Shown here one piece after another: positions 34,151 through 45,565 of a stretch of 64,000 nucleotides of DNA. Source of the DNA: Octopus vulgaris (lineage: Eukaryota). The notes beneath the pieces are model-generated. The model was not told the DNA's origin. It saw only the letters and a list, made by a program, of their open reading frames with translations, and did no database searches. Both the position numbers and the translations under genes were made by a program. The stretch lies in assembly GCA_951406725.2 (NCBI GenBank), contig OX597837.1, positions 39,990,001 through 40,054,000 on the forward strand, given 5' to 3'. Position 1 is the first letter of the stretch. Each line of letters starts with the position of its first letter.

Positions 34151-34662
34151 AAGATGATAAATTACTTTCGAACGCCGAGACGCTGTCAGAGCAGCAGAAA
34201 TATTGGATAAATTACCCTTACAAAGCGAACTCTAACCCATATCCCTTCATGACTCCGTACAAGTGATTTACTATTAAGCTAAACTGCCCGCTGTCAAATC
34301 AATCCTTGATTTTACACGCTATAAAGATAATGTACAACTACGTATATATAAATATAAACGAACTAAATTTGTTTCTTATAACTGCTGAAATGTGTATTAT
34401 AAGGGATATATGAAAAAATGTTGGTCTGTTTGTATATACACACACGTAGTTGTTATATAGTTTTATACCATTTAAAATAACGGATCGATTTGTAAGCGGT
34501 CAGTTTAGCTTAATGGTAAAATATTTGGCCGAGGTCTTCAATGTATGTGGCCTCGAATGCCATGGCTAATTGTGGATAAATTGTTTCGCTTTATAAGGGT
34601 AATTTACCCAATATTTCTGATGTTCTAACGGCGTCTCAGCTTTTGAAGATAAATTATTATCT
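34151..34662. mobile_element. MITE-like element with ~80-bp diverged terminal inverted repeats
   Basis: aagatgataaattactttcgaacgccgagacgctgtcagagcagcagaaatattggataaattacccttacaaagcgaac versus the reverse complement of 34583-34662. Confidence 0.75.
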
Positions 34663-34812
34663 TATTTGTATCTTACAATGCACATTTCAACTCTTATAAA
34701 CAAAAGCTAGTTTATATATGTATATATGCATACATATATGCCACACACTTATATATATATATATAAATTGTACATATACGACAAATATATGTATATATAT
34801 ACATATATATAT

Positions 34813-34852
<40 letters not shown>

Positions 34853-35232
34853 AAAATAAGCAACAAGAATGAATCCGGTAATTTAGTACAATGGTTTTAT
34901 ACTACAACATTTTATTAAAAGCTGTAAATATTACAGCAGATTTAAGATGCCGAGTAATCTTCAGCTAATTTTATATAGGTTTTCCAATAATATAAATTCT
35001 CAGATCAAGTAATAACATCTTTGAGAGGGTAAATATACAGATAAAGATGTAGATATGAATCTTAGGAATATGAGGTCATGTGGTTTGGATGCCAACTGAC
35101 CAAAACTTTGTTTACAACTGACTGTTGTAAGAAAATTTCTTTAGTTTTATGTATATATATATATATATATATATATTTTACACGCTAGGCCACTAGAAGT
35201 GAAAATTTCTATTAATTTCTATTTCCCTTCTG

Positions 35233-35291
<59 letters not shown>

Positions 35292-35523
35292 ATATATGTG
35301 TGTGTGTGTGTATGTATATATATAAATATACATATATATATTAATATAAGGTTTGATTCGTTACGAGATTTTTAGAATAATAATTATTAGATATTTAATT
35401 AATTTCTATGTTGTTATTATAGATATCTTCTCACTATTGATGAAATAAATAAATAGCGGTTTGTCTCTATTGTGTTTCAGGAAGGTCATTCTCTTATTGC
35501 CAAATCCCACGAATTGGTAACCG

Positions 35524-35569
<46 letters not shown>

Positions 35570-35880
35570 GCAGTTTTACTGAACCTTCAGTTTATTTATG
35601 CTAGACCACTGGTGTGAAATCGATGTTAATTAATATCTAATTTCTCACCCTTATTTTAAATTATTTTAAATATATATATATATGTATGTATGTTTGTATG
35701 TATGTATGTATGTTTGTATGTATGTATGTATGTTTGTATGTATGTATATTCTGGGAATAATGATACATAATAGTTTATAAACACAAAGCATTGTCAATAC
35801 ACGGTGATCGCATAAAGGCTTTAAGATTATAAAACATTATCATTTACCGAATTGTCCCTTGTCGCCGCTTCTCAAATCAT

Positions 35881-35944
<64 letters not shown>

Positions 35945-37539
35945 TACGTACGTACGTATGGATGTATATGTTTACATAGGCATGTATATGTATGTATAAA
36001 TGTGTGTGTGATACCGTATGTTGCTATATTATATTATATTATATTATGCAATCAATGAAAATTATAATTAATAATTAAATTCCATTGATCAAAAACTGCA
36101 TAAAAATATTATAGGTGACAACTTACGATACTTGAAGTTACATTTTTCACACTCAAGAATTGTCTTCTCCCGAATGCTTAAATATAATTCTTCGATATAA
36201 AGTAATTTATCTTTTGTTAATCATTACAATTAATTTTACACACACACACACACACACACATACACACACACAGTCACATACACAGCCTGATGACTACATC
36301 TCTCCATCTTTTTCCTTTTTAGCAAATCCACTCAGCTTCACACGCTGCCTTCCTTCCAATTATTTTCATAATAAATTTATTATAATCGCCTTCAATTTTA
36401 TTCGCCACGTTTCCCGCCCCCCATATTCTAATATTGGAAGCGCGTGGCTTAGTAGGTAGGATGTTAGACTCATGATTGTAACATTGTGATTTCGATTCCT
36501 AGACTGGGCGATGCGTTGTTAACTGGAACGACTCATGTACTGAGAAGAGCATTATCGCCGTGAAAACAACATCCATTCATGAATTTATTTATTTATTAAT
36601 TTTTGAATGTATATTTTACCTGTGAATTTATGTGTGTAATCTGGGAATGCACACAATGAGCTTCTCTGCCCTAGGTTTAAGGAAAACACTCGGCGAGAAA
36701 TGGAAAAAAATTTGAAAAAAGAAGGAAAATAATAATAATAATAATATTATTAATAATAATAATGATAATAATACTTTTTATTTTCCATTGTAACGTTCAG
36801 AGTTACATTAAAATTACACCTTACTCAGTCAAGGATGATTGAAATCGATCCAGGTGAGAATCGAACCGTGAATCCAAAGCTGTGAAAAAAAAATACCGCA
36901 CCGTATCAGTTACATTAACAAAAAAGCCAACTTTTCAGCTTTGTTAAAAAGCAAAAAAAAGTAATTAAAAGGAAAAAAAAATGCAATCAATTATTTTAAC
37001 ATGTTAATTAGGTTGTTTTATAAAATGGCAATCACACCATAAAGCAAGACACTTTGTGCTGTAGAGTGCGTCGGCGGCGGCGGGGGAGGGGCTTAGAATA
37101 AAAAACAGGTAAATTGAAAATATAAAAAAATTAAATAAAATAAAAAATAGAATATAAAGCAAAAGAAAAAAAAAGCAATAGAAATAAAAGGTAAGAATCA
37201 AGAAAACAAGAAAAAAAAGTATGATTCTCTAAAGAAATTTAGATAATTTCCCCCCGGATAATTGGGTGAGCAAATATTCACTGAACCGTGAAATTAAGTG
37301 AATATTTAAATTTATCAATGATAGCTTGAAATGTTGTTTATACAATTAAAAAGGATTTGAAATGTTTACGCTGCGTCGTTCACGATCTCCTCCACCATCT
37401 CCGCCTACTCTTCCGTGTAAATGAAAGAATAAAAAAATAAAGAAATAAGTAAATAAAATAATAATAATAATATTAATAATGACGATAATAATGATGACGA
37501 TGATGATGATGATGAGGAGGAGGATGATGATAAATGATA

Positions 37540-38128
37540 GTCTTTTCTACTGGTGGCACAAAGCCTCAGATGTGTGGAGAGGTAACTAGTCGATTATATC
37601 GACCCCAGTACGTAACTGGTACTTATTTAATCGACCCCAAAAGGATGAAAGGCAAAGTCGACCTCGGCGGAATTTGAACTCAGAACATAGCGGCAGACGA
37701 AATACCTATTTCTTTACTGCCCACAAGTGGCGACACACAGAGAGGACAAACAAGGACAGACAAATGGATTAAGTCGATTATATCGACACCAGGTCGTAAC
37801 TGGTACTTATTTAATCGACCCCGAAAAGATGAAAGGCAAAGTCGACCTCGGCGGAATTTGAACTCAGAAGGTAGCGGCAGACTAAATACCTATTTCTATT
37901 TTTTTACTACCCACAAGGGGCTAAACAAAGAGCGGACAAACAAGGACAGACATAGGTATTATGTCGATTACCTCGGACCCAGTGCGTAACTGATACTTAA
38001 TTTATCGACCCCGAAAGGATGAAAGGCAAAGTCGATCTCGGCGGAATTTGAAATCACAACGTAACAGCAGACGAAAAACTGCTAAGCATTTCGCCCGGTT
38101 TGCTAACGTTTCTGCCAGCTCACCGCCT
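37540..38128 (-). mobile_element. SINE family B, concatemer (one head plus three ~180-bp body modules)
   Basis: aaaggatgaaaggcaaagtcgacctcggcggaatttgaac recurs at ~37640, 37823, 38013. Confidence 0.9.
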
Positions 38129-38159
38129 TACTATAAAATAATAATAATAATAATAATGA

Positions 38160-38590
38160 TATGCCCTGGTACAGTTCCAGATAGTGGCTCTCATGGCTTC
38201 TGATCTTAACTGATTGGAAGTGTTATCACGTGCATTGTTTTGTCATGGTAAAAAGATGGGCTACAGCAAATATTCTGTTCAATACCACAGATTTGTTGGT
38301 CAGTTGTTTGACCTTAACCAGTTGACCAATGTCCCTTAGTGGCTGACGAAATGTGCATCGCTTACCACAAGCAGAAGTAGTGGGGGAGCATCATTGCCAT
38401 GTGTTGAAAGGAATTCTTAGAGGTTTGAATAATTCACCTTTGGAAGCATGAGTGTTTCGTTCAACATTCTTAAACAATCCTTACTCAGGGAGCTTTTGAG
38501 AGGGATGGGCTACTCGACCTGAAGAAAATTCTAACTGGGCCCCACCTGTAAGGTCATGTGCAGTTTATCTTGATATGAGATCCCCATGCC
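38160..38590 (+). mobile_element. Element E (AAT-associated non-coding retroposon), 3'-truncated
   Basis: atgccctggtacagt...ggctctcatggcttctgatcttaactgattgg; matches 40174-40733 reversed. Confidence 0.85.
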
Positions 38591-39370
38591 CCAATCCTTC
38601 TGCAAGTGTTTTACATTCACTGTTGATATAATAATCCATACTGATCAGATCTCTGCCACCATTCTTTTTTATTAATGTACTAGCAGTATCGCCCGGCGTT
38701 GCTCGGGCTTGTAAGGGAAATAACTATATAAGCATTTTTAGAGAGTTATAGTCAAAAAATAGCAAAAAAATGCATTAAAAATGGAAAAAAAATGATGGTA
38801 ATTTTTTTTAAAAATCGTTGACTCATCGTAGACATTTTTAGAGAGTTACTTCCCTGATATAATAGCGAAAAAAATGCATTAAAATGGAAAAAATGATGGG
38901 AAATTTTTTTTTAAATCGTAGACTCATCGTAGATTCGCGCTAATACCCAGAAGGGCTCGATATGAATCAAGACTATAAGATACCCGGTTTTGGTTAAACT
39001 GCACCGCAAAATGTGGGAGTAGTTAGGAATCTAAATCGTAGGAGACAGACACACAACCTCTCTTTTATATATAAAGATAACCTGTTTTAGAGTGTAAAGC
39101 TTCGTACCATGTCATTAAATTTCTCATCTTTCTCTCCAGCTTTGATATTTCTTATTTACTCCATCTGAGAATGGACGCACTTATATCTAACCCCTGCTCA
39201 AATATTCATTGCAGCGACTAGATTCCTTGCATTCAAGTCAGAATTCACAACCAATTTTACTCTTTTTAAATATGTCTCTAACCGTTTCTTACATTTCTGC
39301 ATGCAAAATATCCTCCACATTTGAAATCCCCCAATACTTGTATCCAATATCATCTTGCTCCATCATAGTT
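38590..39370 (-). pseudogene. Degenerate R4/Dong LINE fragment (post-RT region), interrupted by a Helitron
   Basis: Minus strand gives GYKYWGI...YLKRVKLVVNSDLNARNLVAAMNI...LRWSK*EISKLERKMRNLMT...[Helitron]...INKKNGGRDLIS, matching the YKYLG...LDRKTRK...RLY..R..GGRGL pattern. Confidence 0.7.
38680..39077 (-). mobile_element. Complete non-autonomous Helitron (~398 bp)
   Basis: Minus strand A|TCTTTATATATAAAAG...cccgagcaacgccggg-cgatactg-CTAG|T: 5' TC, 3' hairpin, CTAG, insertion between A and T with no TSD. Confidence 0.88.
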
Positions 39371-39439
39371 TATCTCGACAGCAGCCGTAATCCACTGCAG
39401 GCGGTATTTTTTTTTTTTTTCAAGCTATTACTTGATAAT

Positions 39440-39615
39440 TTAATTTGCAGGAATGTTATCTTGAAGGTTGGTGAATTTGGTTTTGCAACTCTCGTTTCTA
39501 ATATCTTTCAGTCTCTTGGGTTGCATTTTGGGTGTTGTGCCAAATACAGCTATTTCTACCGGAATAACTGTTCTAGTCTTCCACAGTCACTTGAGCTCCT
39601 CTGGCCAAGTCCTAT
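39440..39615 (-). pseudogene. Degenerate R4/Dong restriction-like endonuclease C-terminus
   Basis: DLA.ELK*LWKTRTVIPVEIAVFGTTPK, similar to the 41248-40984 peptide. Confidence 0.6.
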
Positions 39616-39624
39616 ATATTTATT

Positions 39625-40003
39625 TTTTTTCATTTCATCTAGTTTCAGCTCACGAGCTGTGGCCATGCTGAGGCACCGCCATTCAGTGTTGTTACATGAT
39701 TTTACTTCACGAATGCTTTTTAGCAATTGAAATTTGGTGCATGAGAGAGTTTGATGCAGCTGCCCTCATCTGCACCTCCTGCCATGAAGTTGGTTCATCT
39801 GGGACACCTGACAGGAAGAGGTCCAGCTTTATTTTAAAGACATCCGCATCCACCCCATGCAGATCTCTCAGGTCTTTCGGGGGGGGGGGGGGATATTGAA
39901 GAGCTGTGGACCTCTGAAGCCCAGGCTATCGCAGTATCTTGTCCTACAACTTGATGGCAAATTTGGAGTCCTTGGCACTATGCAGTGGCGCCCAGTTCTA
40001 GTA
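39625..40003 (-). mobile_element. 3' end of a CR1/L2-group LINE (ORF2 C-terminus plus tail)
   Basis: RTGRHCIVP...SLGFRGPQLFNI..KDLRDLHGVDADVFKIKLDLFLSGVPDEP...RAAASNSL, then ggcggtgcctcagcatggccacag...ctgaaactagatgaaatgaaa. Confidence 0.75.
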
Positions 40004-40145
40004 TTTGTGTAACTCTCGATGCCAAGCGCACTGTTTTGTCTACACAGTCATATGTACACTTATACTCGTTTTGCACTAGCTTACTGCATTCACTCAAGAG
40101 ATATTTGATGGTTTCATCTATTTACTGTAGAATCTACATAACTAT
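40004..40145 (-). pseudogene. Degenerate R4/Dong CCHC/RHD region
   Basis: CRFYSK..DETIKYLLSECSKLVQNEYKCTYDCVDKTV resembles CR.C...ETI.H..S.C..LA..EY..RHD.V. Confidence 0.6.
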
Positions 40146-40173
40146 TATATTATTATTATTATTATTATTATTA

Positions 40174-40733
40174 TTGAGTGAGAGAGCAGTTCATGCCATC
40201 AAGGTGACACTGGGGTAAAATATACGAAGCCCAATATACCCATCATGACTACCCGTCTGATAAAGGTACACCAGGCACATGCATCACAACCATATGTGCG
40301 CGACATGGTGATCTCATATCAAGATAAACAGCACATGACCTTGCAGGTGGGGCCCAGTTAGAATTTTCTTCAGGTTGAGTAGCCCATCCCGCTCAAACGG
40401 TCTCTGAATAAGGGTTGTTTAAGGATGTTGAAAGAACCACCCATGTTTCCAGAGGCGAACTATTCAAACCCCAAAGAATCCCTCTCAACACATGGCTATG
40501 ATGCTCCTCCACTACTTCTGCTCGTGATCAGAGATGCACATATCGTCAGCCACTAAGGGACATGCTCAACTGGTTAAGGTCAAACAACTGACAAGCAAAT
40601 CTGTGGTATTGAGCAGAATATTTGCTGTAGCCCATCTTTTATACCAAGACAAAACAATGTACATGATAACACTTCCAATCAGTTAAGATCAGAAGCCATG
40701 AGAGCCACTGCCTGGTACTGCATCAGGGCATTT
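40174..40733 (-). mobile_element. Element E, full length (~560 bp), flanked by (AAT)n on both sides
   Basis: Minus strand aaatgccctgatgcagtaccaggc...ctgctctctcactc(aat)n; six pieces in the window. Confidence 0.88.
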
Positions 40734-40741
40734 ATTATCAA

Positions 40742-40787
<46 letters not shown>

Positions 40788-40788
<1 letters not shown>

Positions 40789-41248
40789 TATGTTTGACTT
40801 TTGCTTTATGTCTGTACAAGTTGGCTCCAAGTCTCACCCAGAGACCTCAAGAGACAACAGGTTGGAAGTTCTGTGCCATATATTTGGGGTTTTTTTTTGG
40901 TGTTGTACTAGTGAATATTTAATACATAAAAATAAAAAAAATAAAAAATAAAAATAAAAAAAAGTTTGTTTTAAACCTTGGGATTACATAGAGAGTATTT
41001 TGCGTATGATATGAGCAGTTCCCATGAGCACTATCTTTTGAATTTCTGCCATTTTGGGGTTTCCTGGTATCTGAGTTAGGTAGCAATCAGTCCCTTTCGC
41101 TATCATTCCCAGGGCACCTATGACAACAGGTATTGTTTTAGTCTTCAGCTTCCACATTTTGCTGATTTCTATTTCAAGATCTTTATATTTGCTCAGTTTT
41201 TGGTAGGTCTTGACATATACGTTTATATCGATTGGGACAGTCATATTA
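40788..41248 (-). mobile_element. R4/Dong LINE 3' end (endonuclease C-terminus, stop, 3' UTR) in (AAT)n
   Basis: MTVPIDINVYVKTYQKLSKYKDLEIEISKMWKLKTKTIPVVIGALG...IQKIVLMGTAHIIRKILSM*, open frame; the UTR ends directly in (AAT)n. Confidence 0.88.
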
Positions 41249-41249
41249 A

Positions 41250-41309
<60 letters not shown>

Positions 41310-41310
41310 C

Positions 41311-41580
41311 ATTCAGTGAGAGAGCAGCGAATGCCGTCAAAGTGACACTGGGGTACAAATATATGAAGCCAAACATACCCCTCATGACTACCCGTCTAAT
41401 AAGGGTACACCAGGCACATGCATCACAACCAAATTTACGCGACATGGTGAACTCATATCAAGATAAACACTGCATGAATTTGCAGGTCGGTGTCCAGTTA
41501 GCATTTTCGCCTGATTAAGTATCTCATCCTGCTTAAAAGGTCCCTAATTAACGGTTCTTTAAGGATGTTGAACGAAATAC
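41311..41580 (-). mobile_element. Element E, diverged 3' half
   Basis: agtgagagagcagcgaatgccgtcaaagtgacactgggg matches the 40174 copy. Confidence 0.85.
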
Positions 41581-41584
41581 ACAT

Positions 41585-42000
41585 TCAATGCAATACCAAA
41601 TAGGTTCATACATTCCATAATCGAAGAATGTGGGATCATATAGTATGCCCTAGGATAATCGATCCATGACATGGCTAAGTTAGGTTTCCTCCTCTTACAG
41701 ACTCAAAGTACTGTTTTGCCTACCTGGAGTTGATTCTTGGTACCTTTGCATTTACGCTTACATGTGTTCTGCTCATGTGGCAGGACTCTATTTTTCCCAG
41801 ATTTTCATACATTGACTCTGCGACTATTCCAGTCAATAATTTCCACCTAAGTGGCAGACAGGATATCGGCCTGTAATTGCCTACCGTATTGCCTTTTTCG
41901 ATATTTTTCAAGCACTGTCCTACGCATTGTCAACCACTCCGCTGTTACTTGGTCGGCATTTAACAAGGTATTGACAAGGTATTCGCGCGTGACATCCAAT
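41585..42000 (-). pseudogene. R4/Dong reverse transcriptase N-terminal fragment
   Basis: [42 protein letters not shown]...KGTKNQL...KPNLAMSWIDY with frameshifts. Confidence 0.82.
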
Positions 42001-42888
42001 AGCCTTGATCTCCATCTGGTCCAGAGGCCTTCCAGTTTCCAATTTTTTTTGCGGATTTCTTTCAATTCCCTAACTAAAATGACTAGTTCTGACTGTTGTG
42101 GACACACTACTGTTTCAGTTCTTGCAACCATTCAGCATCCTTGTCCTTGCTCCAGATGTCACTCCAAAACCTTTGACTTTCAATGTTATCTGGTATCAAC
42201 TGTTCATCTATACACTCTCTATAAGAATATAAGAGAATTATTGACCTCTATATCTGACTCCAAGAAAACGAACATTGGAGTATCTGCACGCTGTACCTTA
42301 AAGAACAGTCGCAAGAGAGGTAAGCCCTGTTCATTGTGCAACAACATGAGTGAAGTGAATTCCATCTGAGATCAAAACAGAAATGTTATGATTTATACAG
42401 AAGGTGGAACATGTAAAGATCCCCATTTGGTGTACGCTGTAGAATGTCCCTTCGTTTTAAGTGTTGTTGTTGTTGTTGCTATTATTGTTATTGATTATCA
42501 TCATAATTATTTTGTGTGGCAGCAGGTAGAAGCATGGACATTTGTTATCACCGATGTAAAACAAGTTATTTCATTTGGTTTCTTGAAGTTTCTTGTGGCG
42601 TAACATGTTTTACATCATTTTTATATCGGGTAGAATTCAGTCAGTAATTACACATTGAGCTAATTAACTGAGTTAATCTCTTTAATGTGTCGTAATTGAA
42701 GCTATATAAATGAAGCAGGAATTCTTTTGGTAATGTCAGACATTTGGCAAAATGCCACTTTTAACGGATCTTTCTATTACATTTTAATTTGCAATTTTAA
42801 TCTAAACACTGGAAGAATTTTGTCAAAGATCCTAAGAACCATACATAATATACAAATTCTGTAACGTATATTTGAATGCCTATGTATG

Positions 42889-43552
42889 TACGTGGTCTGA
42901 TCAATAAGTATCCGGACTGCCGCCATTGTAACGAAGCCGCTTGGCATAGATTGACTCTGAACTCTACTGTGCATGCGCACTAAGTTTTAACGTCCTAGTT
43001 CACTTCCGCTGTCTACAGCAGTGCTTCGAATGTAGGTTTGTAGCGTATGATCGTTGCATTAACCATCAGAGAGAAAGTAGAACAGGGAATCTGCATCGAT
43101 TTTCGCAAAAACCTTGGCGATAGGCGCAGGAGTGGCTGTGTGGTAAGTAGCTTCTTTACCAACCACATGGTTCCGGGTTCAGTCCCACTGCGTGGCATCT
43201 TGGGCAAGTGTCTTCTGCTATAGCCCCGGGCCGACCAATGCCTTGTGAGTGGATTTGGTAGACGGAAACTGAAAGAAGCCTGTCGTATATATGTATATAT
43301 ATATATGTGTGTGTGTATCTGTGTTTTTTCCCCTAGCATTGCTTGACAACTGATGCTGGTGTGTTTACGTCCCCGTAACTTAGCGGTTCGGCAAAAGAGG
43401 CCGATAGAATAAGTACTGGGCTTACAAAGAATAAGTCCCGGGGTTGATTTGCTCGACTAAAGGCGGTGCTCCAGCATGGCCGCAGTCAAATGACTGAAAC
43501 AAGTAAAAGAAGAAGAAGAAGAAGAATACCTGCTCAGGGGCCTACGTAAAGT
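42889..43552 (+). mobile_element. mariner left end (TIR, 5' UTR, first codons), interrupted by SINE A
   Basis: TAcgtggtctgatcaataagtatccggact TIR; EKVEQGICIDFRKNLGD|TCSGAY. Confidence 0.8.
43123..43525 (+). mobile_element. SINE family A, full-length, nested in mariner
   Basis: Match to consensus; the mariner sequence resumes exactly after the tail (ggcgata|cctgctcag). Confidence 0.92.
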
Positions 43553-44086
43553 TTTCAAAATATTTTCATCCTTCTCGACACAATCAAGGAGATCTTGTGC
43601 AAATGAAACCCGAGTGTGCTTTTGCTCAGCTGAAAGCAGTTTTAGCACAAACTTGGCAAACAAGTGTCTCGTTCCCAAATCTTCAGTTATAATGGCCTGA
43701 ACTGAACCGTAATTAATTTACACATCCTCTCATAACTCACGGATGGTGGTTCGACGATTTCCCTTCACAGCTACAAGCACATTTGCAATGTTTTTGACAG
43801 TTCTGCTGGTTGCGGGTCTCCCAGAACGTTCATCGATATCGACATTTTTTCGGCCATCTTGGAAACGTCTGAACCACTCGTACACTTGTGTGCGGCTCAT
43901 ACACTCCTCCCCATACACTTTCTGCCACTTTGCGCAGGCCTCTGAGCAGGTATCACCATAGCAACTTTCTCTGTCATGGTCAAGGCGACGATCACACGCC
44001 CCTTCCAAGTATTGCTGTGCACAACGGAAGTAAGCTAGAACGTTAAAACTTAATGCGCATGCACTACAGATTCCAATCTGTGCCAA
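43551..44086 (-). pseudogene. mariner transposase N-terminal (double HTH) fragment with 5' UTR
   Basis: VYGEECMSRTQVYEWFRRFQDGRKNVDIDERSGRPATS...RRTTIREL*...AKFVLKLLSAEQKHTRV. Confidence 0.9.
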
Positions 44087-44823
44087 TGGGAAAACAGATC
44101 TCCCGCCGATTTCATTAGGCAAATTTGGGGAAGTGTAATTCCCAGTCAATATCAGAGGAGAGCTGGAAGGTTTACTATTTGGTATTAGTGTTCTTAGATC
44201 GAGTGTTATGCTTGTAAGATCTAGGTGGGCGAGATTGTCTAACCGTAGTAATCTATACCCTTATCATTTGCCATATTTGTCTCCGATGACGGAATATCCC
44301 ATACTCTGGGCTATCCCAGAAAAAGCTGCAAGACGTTGAATTCTGTCTTCGAAACTCATTATGCAATTATTAATTGTCTGATAAATAAAGGGGGATATCG
44401 AACGTTCGTAGGCTTTACGTTATGTAAATAAATCGATTTTTGCTGTATTCAAATTCTCTATTTTAATTAATATTACACTACTCAATTTATATTCACATAT
44501 ATCGAATCAGATAGAAACATCTAATTGGACTACTAGAACACCATAATATGGATAGTACTGGTGTCTATTAAACACTAATATTAACGCAAGAAGACCAATT
44601 CCTCTAAATTCACAGATATATGGATAAACTGCAGGAAGCTAAGCTAGGATGTAAGACATCCCTGGAAAGAGCAATCTTTATCTTTACAAAACCTCATATA
44701 TATATGTACTTCTAATATAAGATAAAAATCCCCCCCCCCACCACCACAAAAAAAGATGCCATCAAAGTGGCAGCATATTAAAATACCTTTCAAGGCGAAA
44801 ATTATACACAATTTATAAACAAG

Positions 44824-45223
44824 GGCGCAGGAGTGGCTGTGTGGTAAGTAGCTTGCTAACCAATCACATGCTTCCGGGTTCAGTCCCACTGCGTGGCATC
44901 TTGGGCAAGTGTCTTCTGCTATAGCCTCGGGCCGACCAATGCCTTGTGAGTGGATTTGGTAGACGGAAACTGAAAGAAGCCTGTCGTATATATGTATATA
45001 TATATATATATGTGTGTGTGTGTGCGTATATTTGTGTGTCTGTGTTTGTCCCCCTAGCATTGCTTGACAACCGATGCTGGTGTGTTCGGTTCGGCAAAAG
45101 TGACCGATAGAATAAGTGCTGGGCTTGCGAAGAATGAGTCCCGGGGTCGATTTGCTCGACTAAAGGCGGTGCTCCAGCATGGCCGCAGTCAAATGACTGA
45201 AACAAGTAAAAGAGTAAAAGAGT
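44824..45223 (+). mobile_element. SINE family A, full-length
   Basis: Match to consensus; aaggg(c) repeated at both flanks (putative TSD). Confidence 0.92.
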
Positions 45224-45350
45224 AAGGGCAAAAGAAAAAAAAAATCTATGCCAATATGCTGAGGATAGACTTTAAATCGTCAGTCATGAATCTTGCTTCT
45301 GCTTTTTTCCCGTGGGTGCTTGTAAGGATTTCATTTATTTCTTATCGTGT

Positions 45351-45409
45351 TCTCTACTGAGGAGAGGAAAATCCGTGGGATTAATCCTGAAATTGATTCA
45401 ATATAGAGA
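45351..45409 (+). ncRNA. Type-I hammerhead ribozyme motif
   Basis: tctcta-CTGAGGA-g agga a aatcc gtg ggatt aa tcct-GAAA-ttga t tcaa-TA-tagaga; intact core, 6-bp helix I, self-complementary helix III. Confidence 0.72.
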
Positions 45410-45565
45410 TAATGAATTTATTTTTAAATTCTGTTAGCTTGCCTTCCTCGATTTCAGCACGACGTGTATTTATAGTGAATGCATATTGTAATGTGGTGAT
45501 TGACGATTTAAAGTCTAGTCTCAGCATATTGGCATAGAAATCTTTTTCTTTTGCCCTCGTTTATA

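Noticed and set aside
34915-34970. Minus-strand CTGAAGA with adjacent hairpins, a possible hammerhead
   Set aside because: GAAA core is missing; at most a decayed relic. The same applies to ctgacga at ~22652, ctgagga at ~20564 and the half motif at ~45700.
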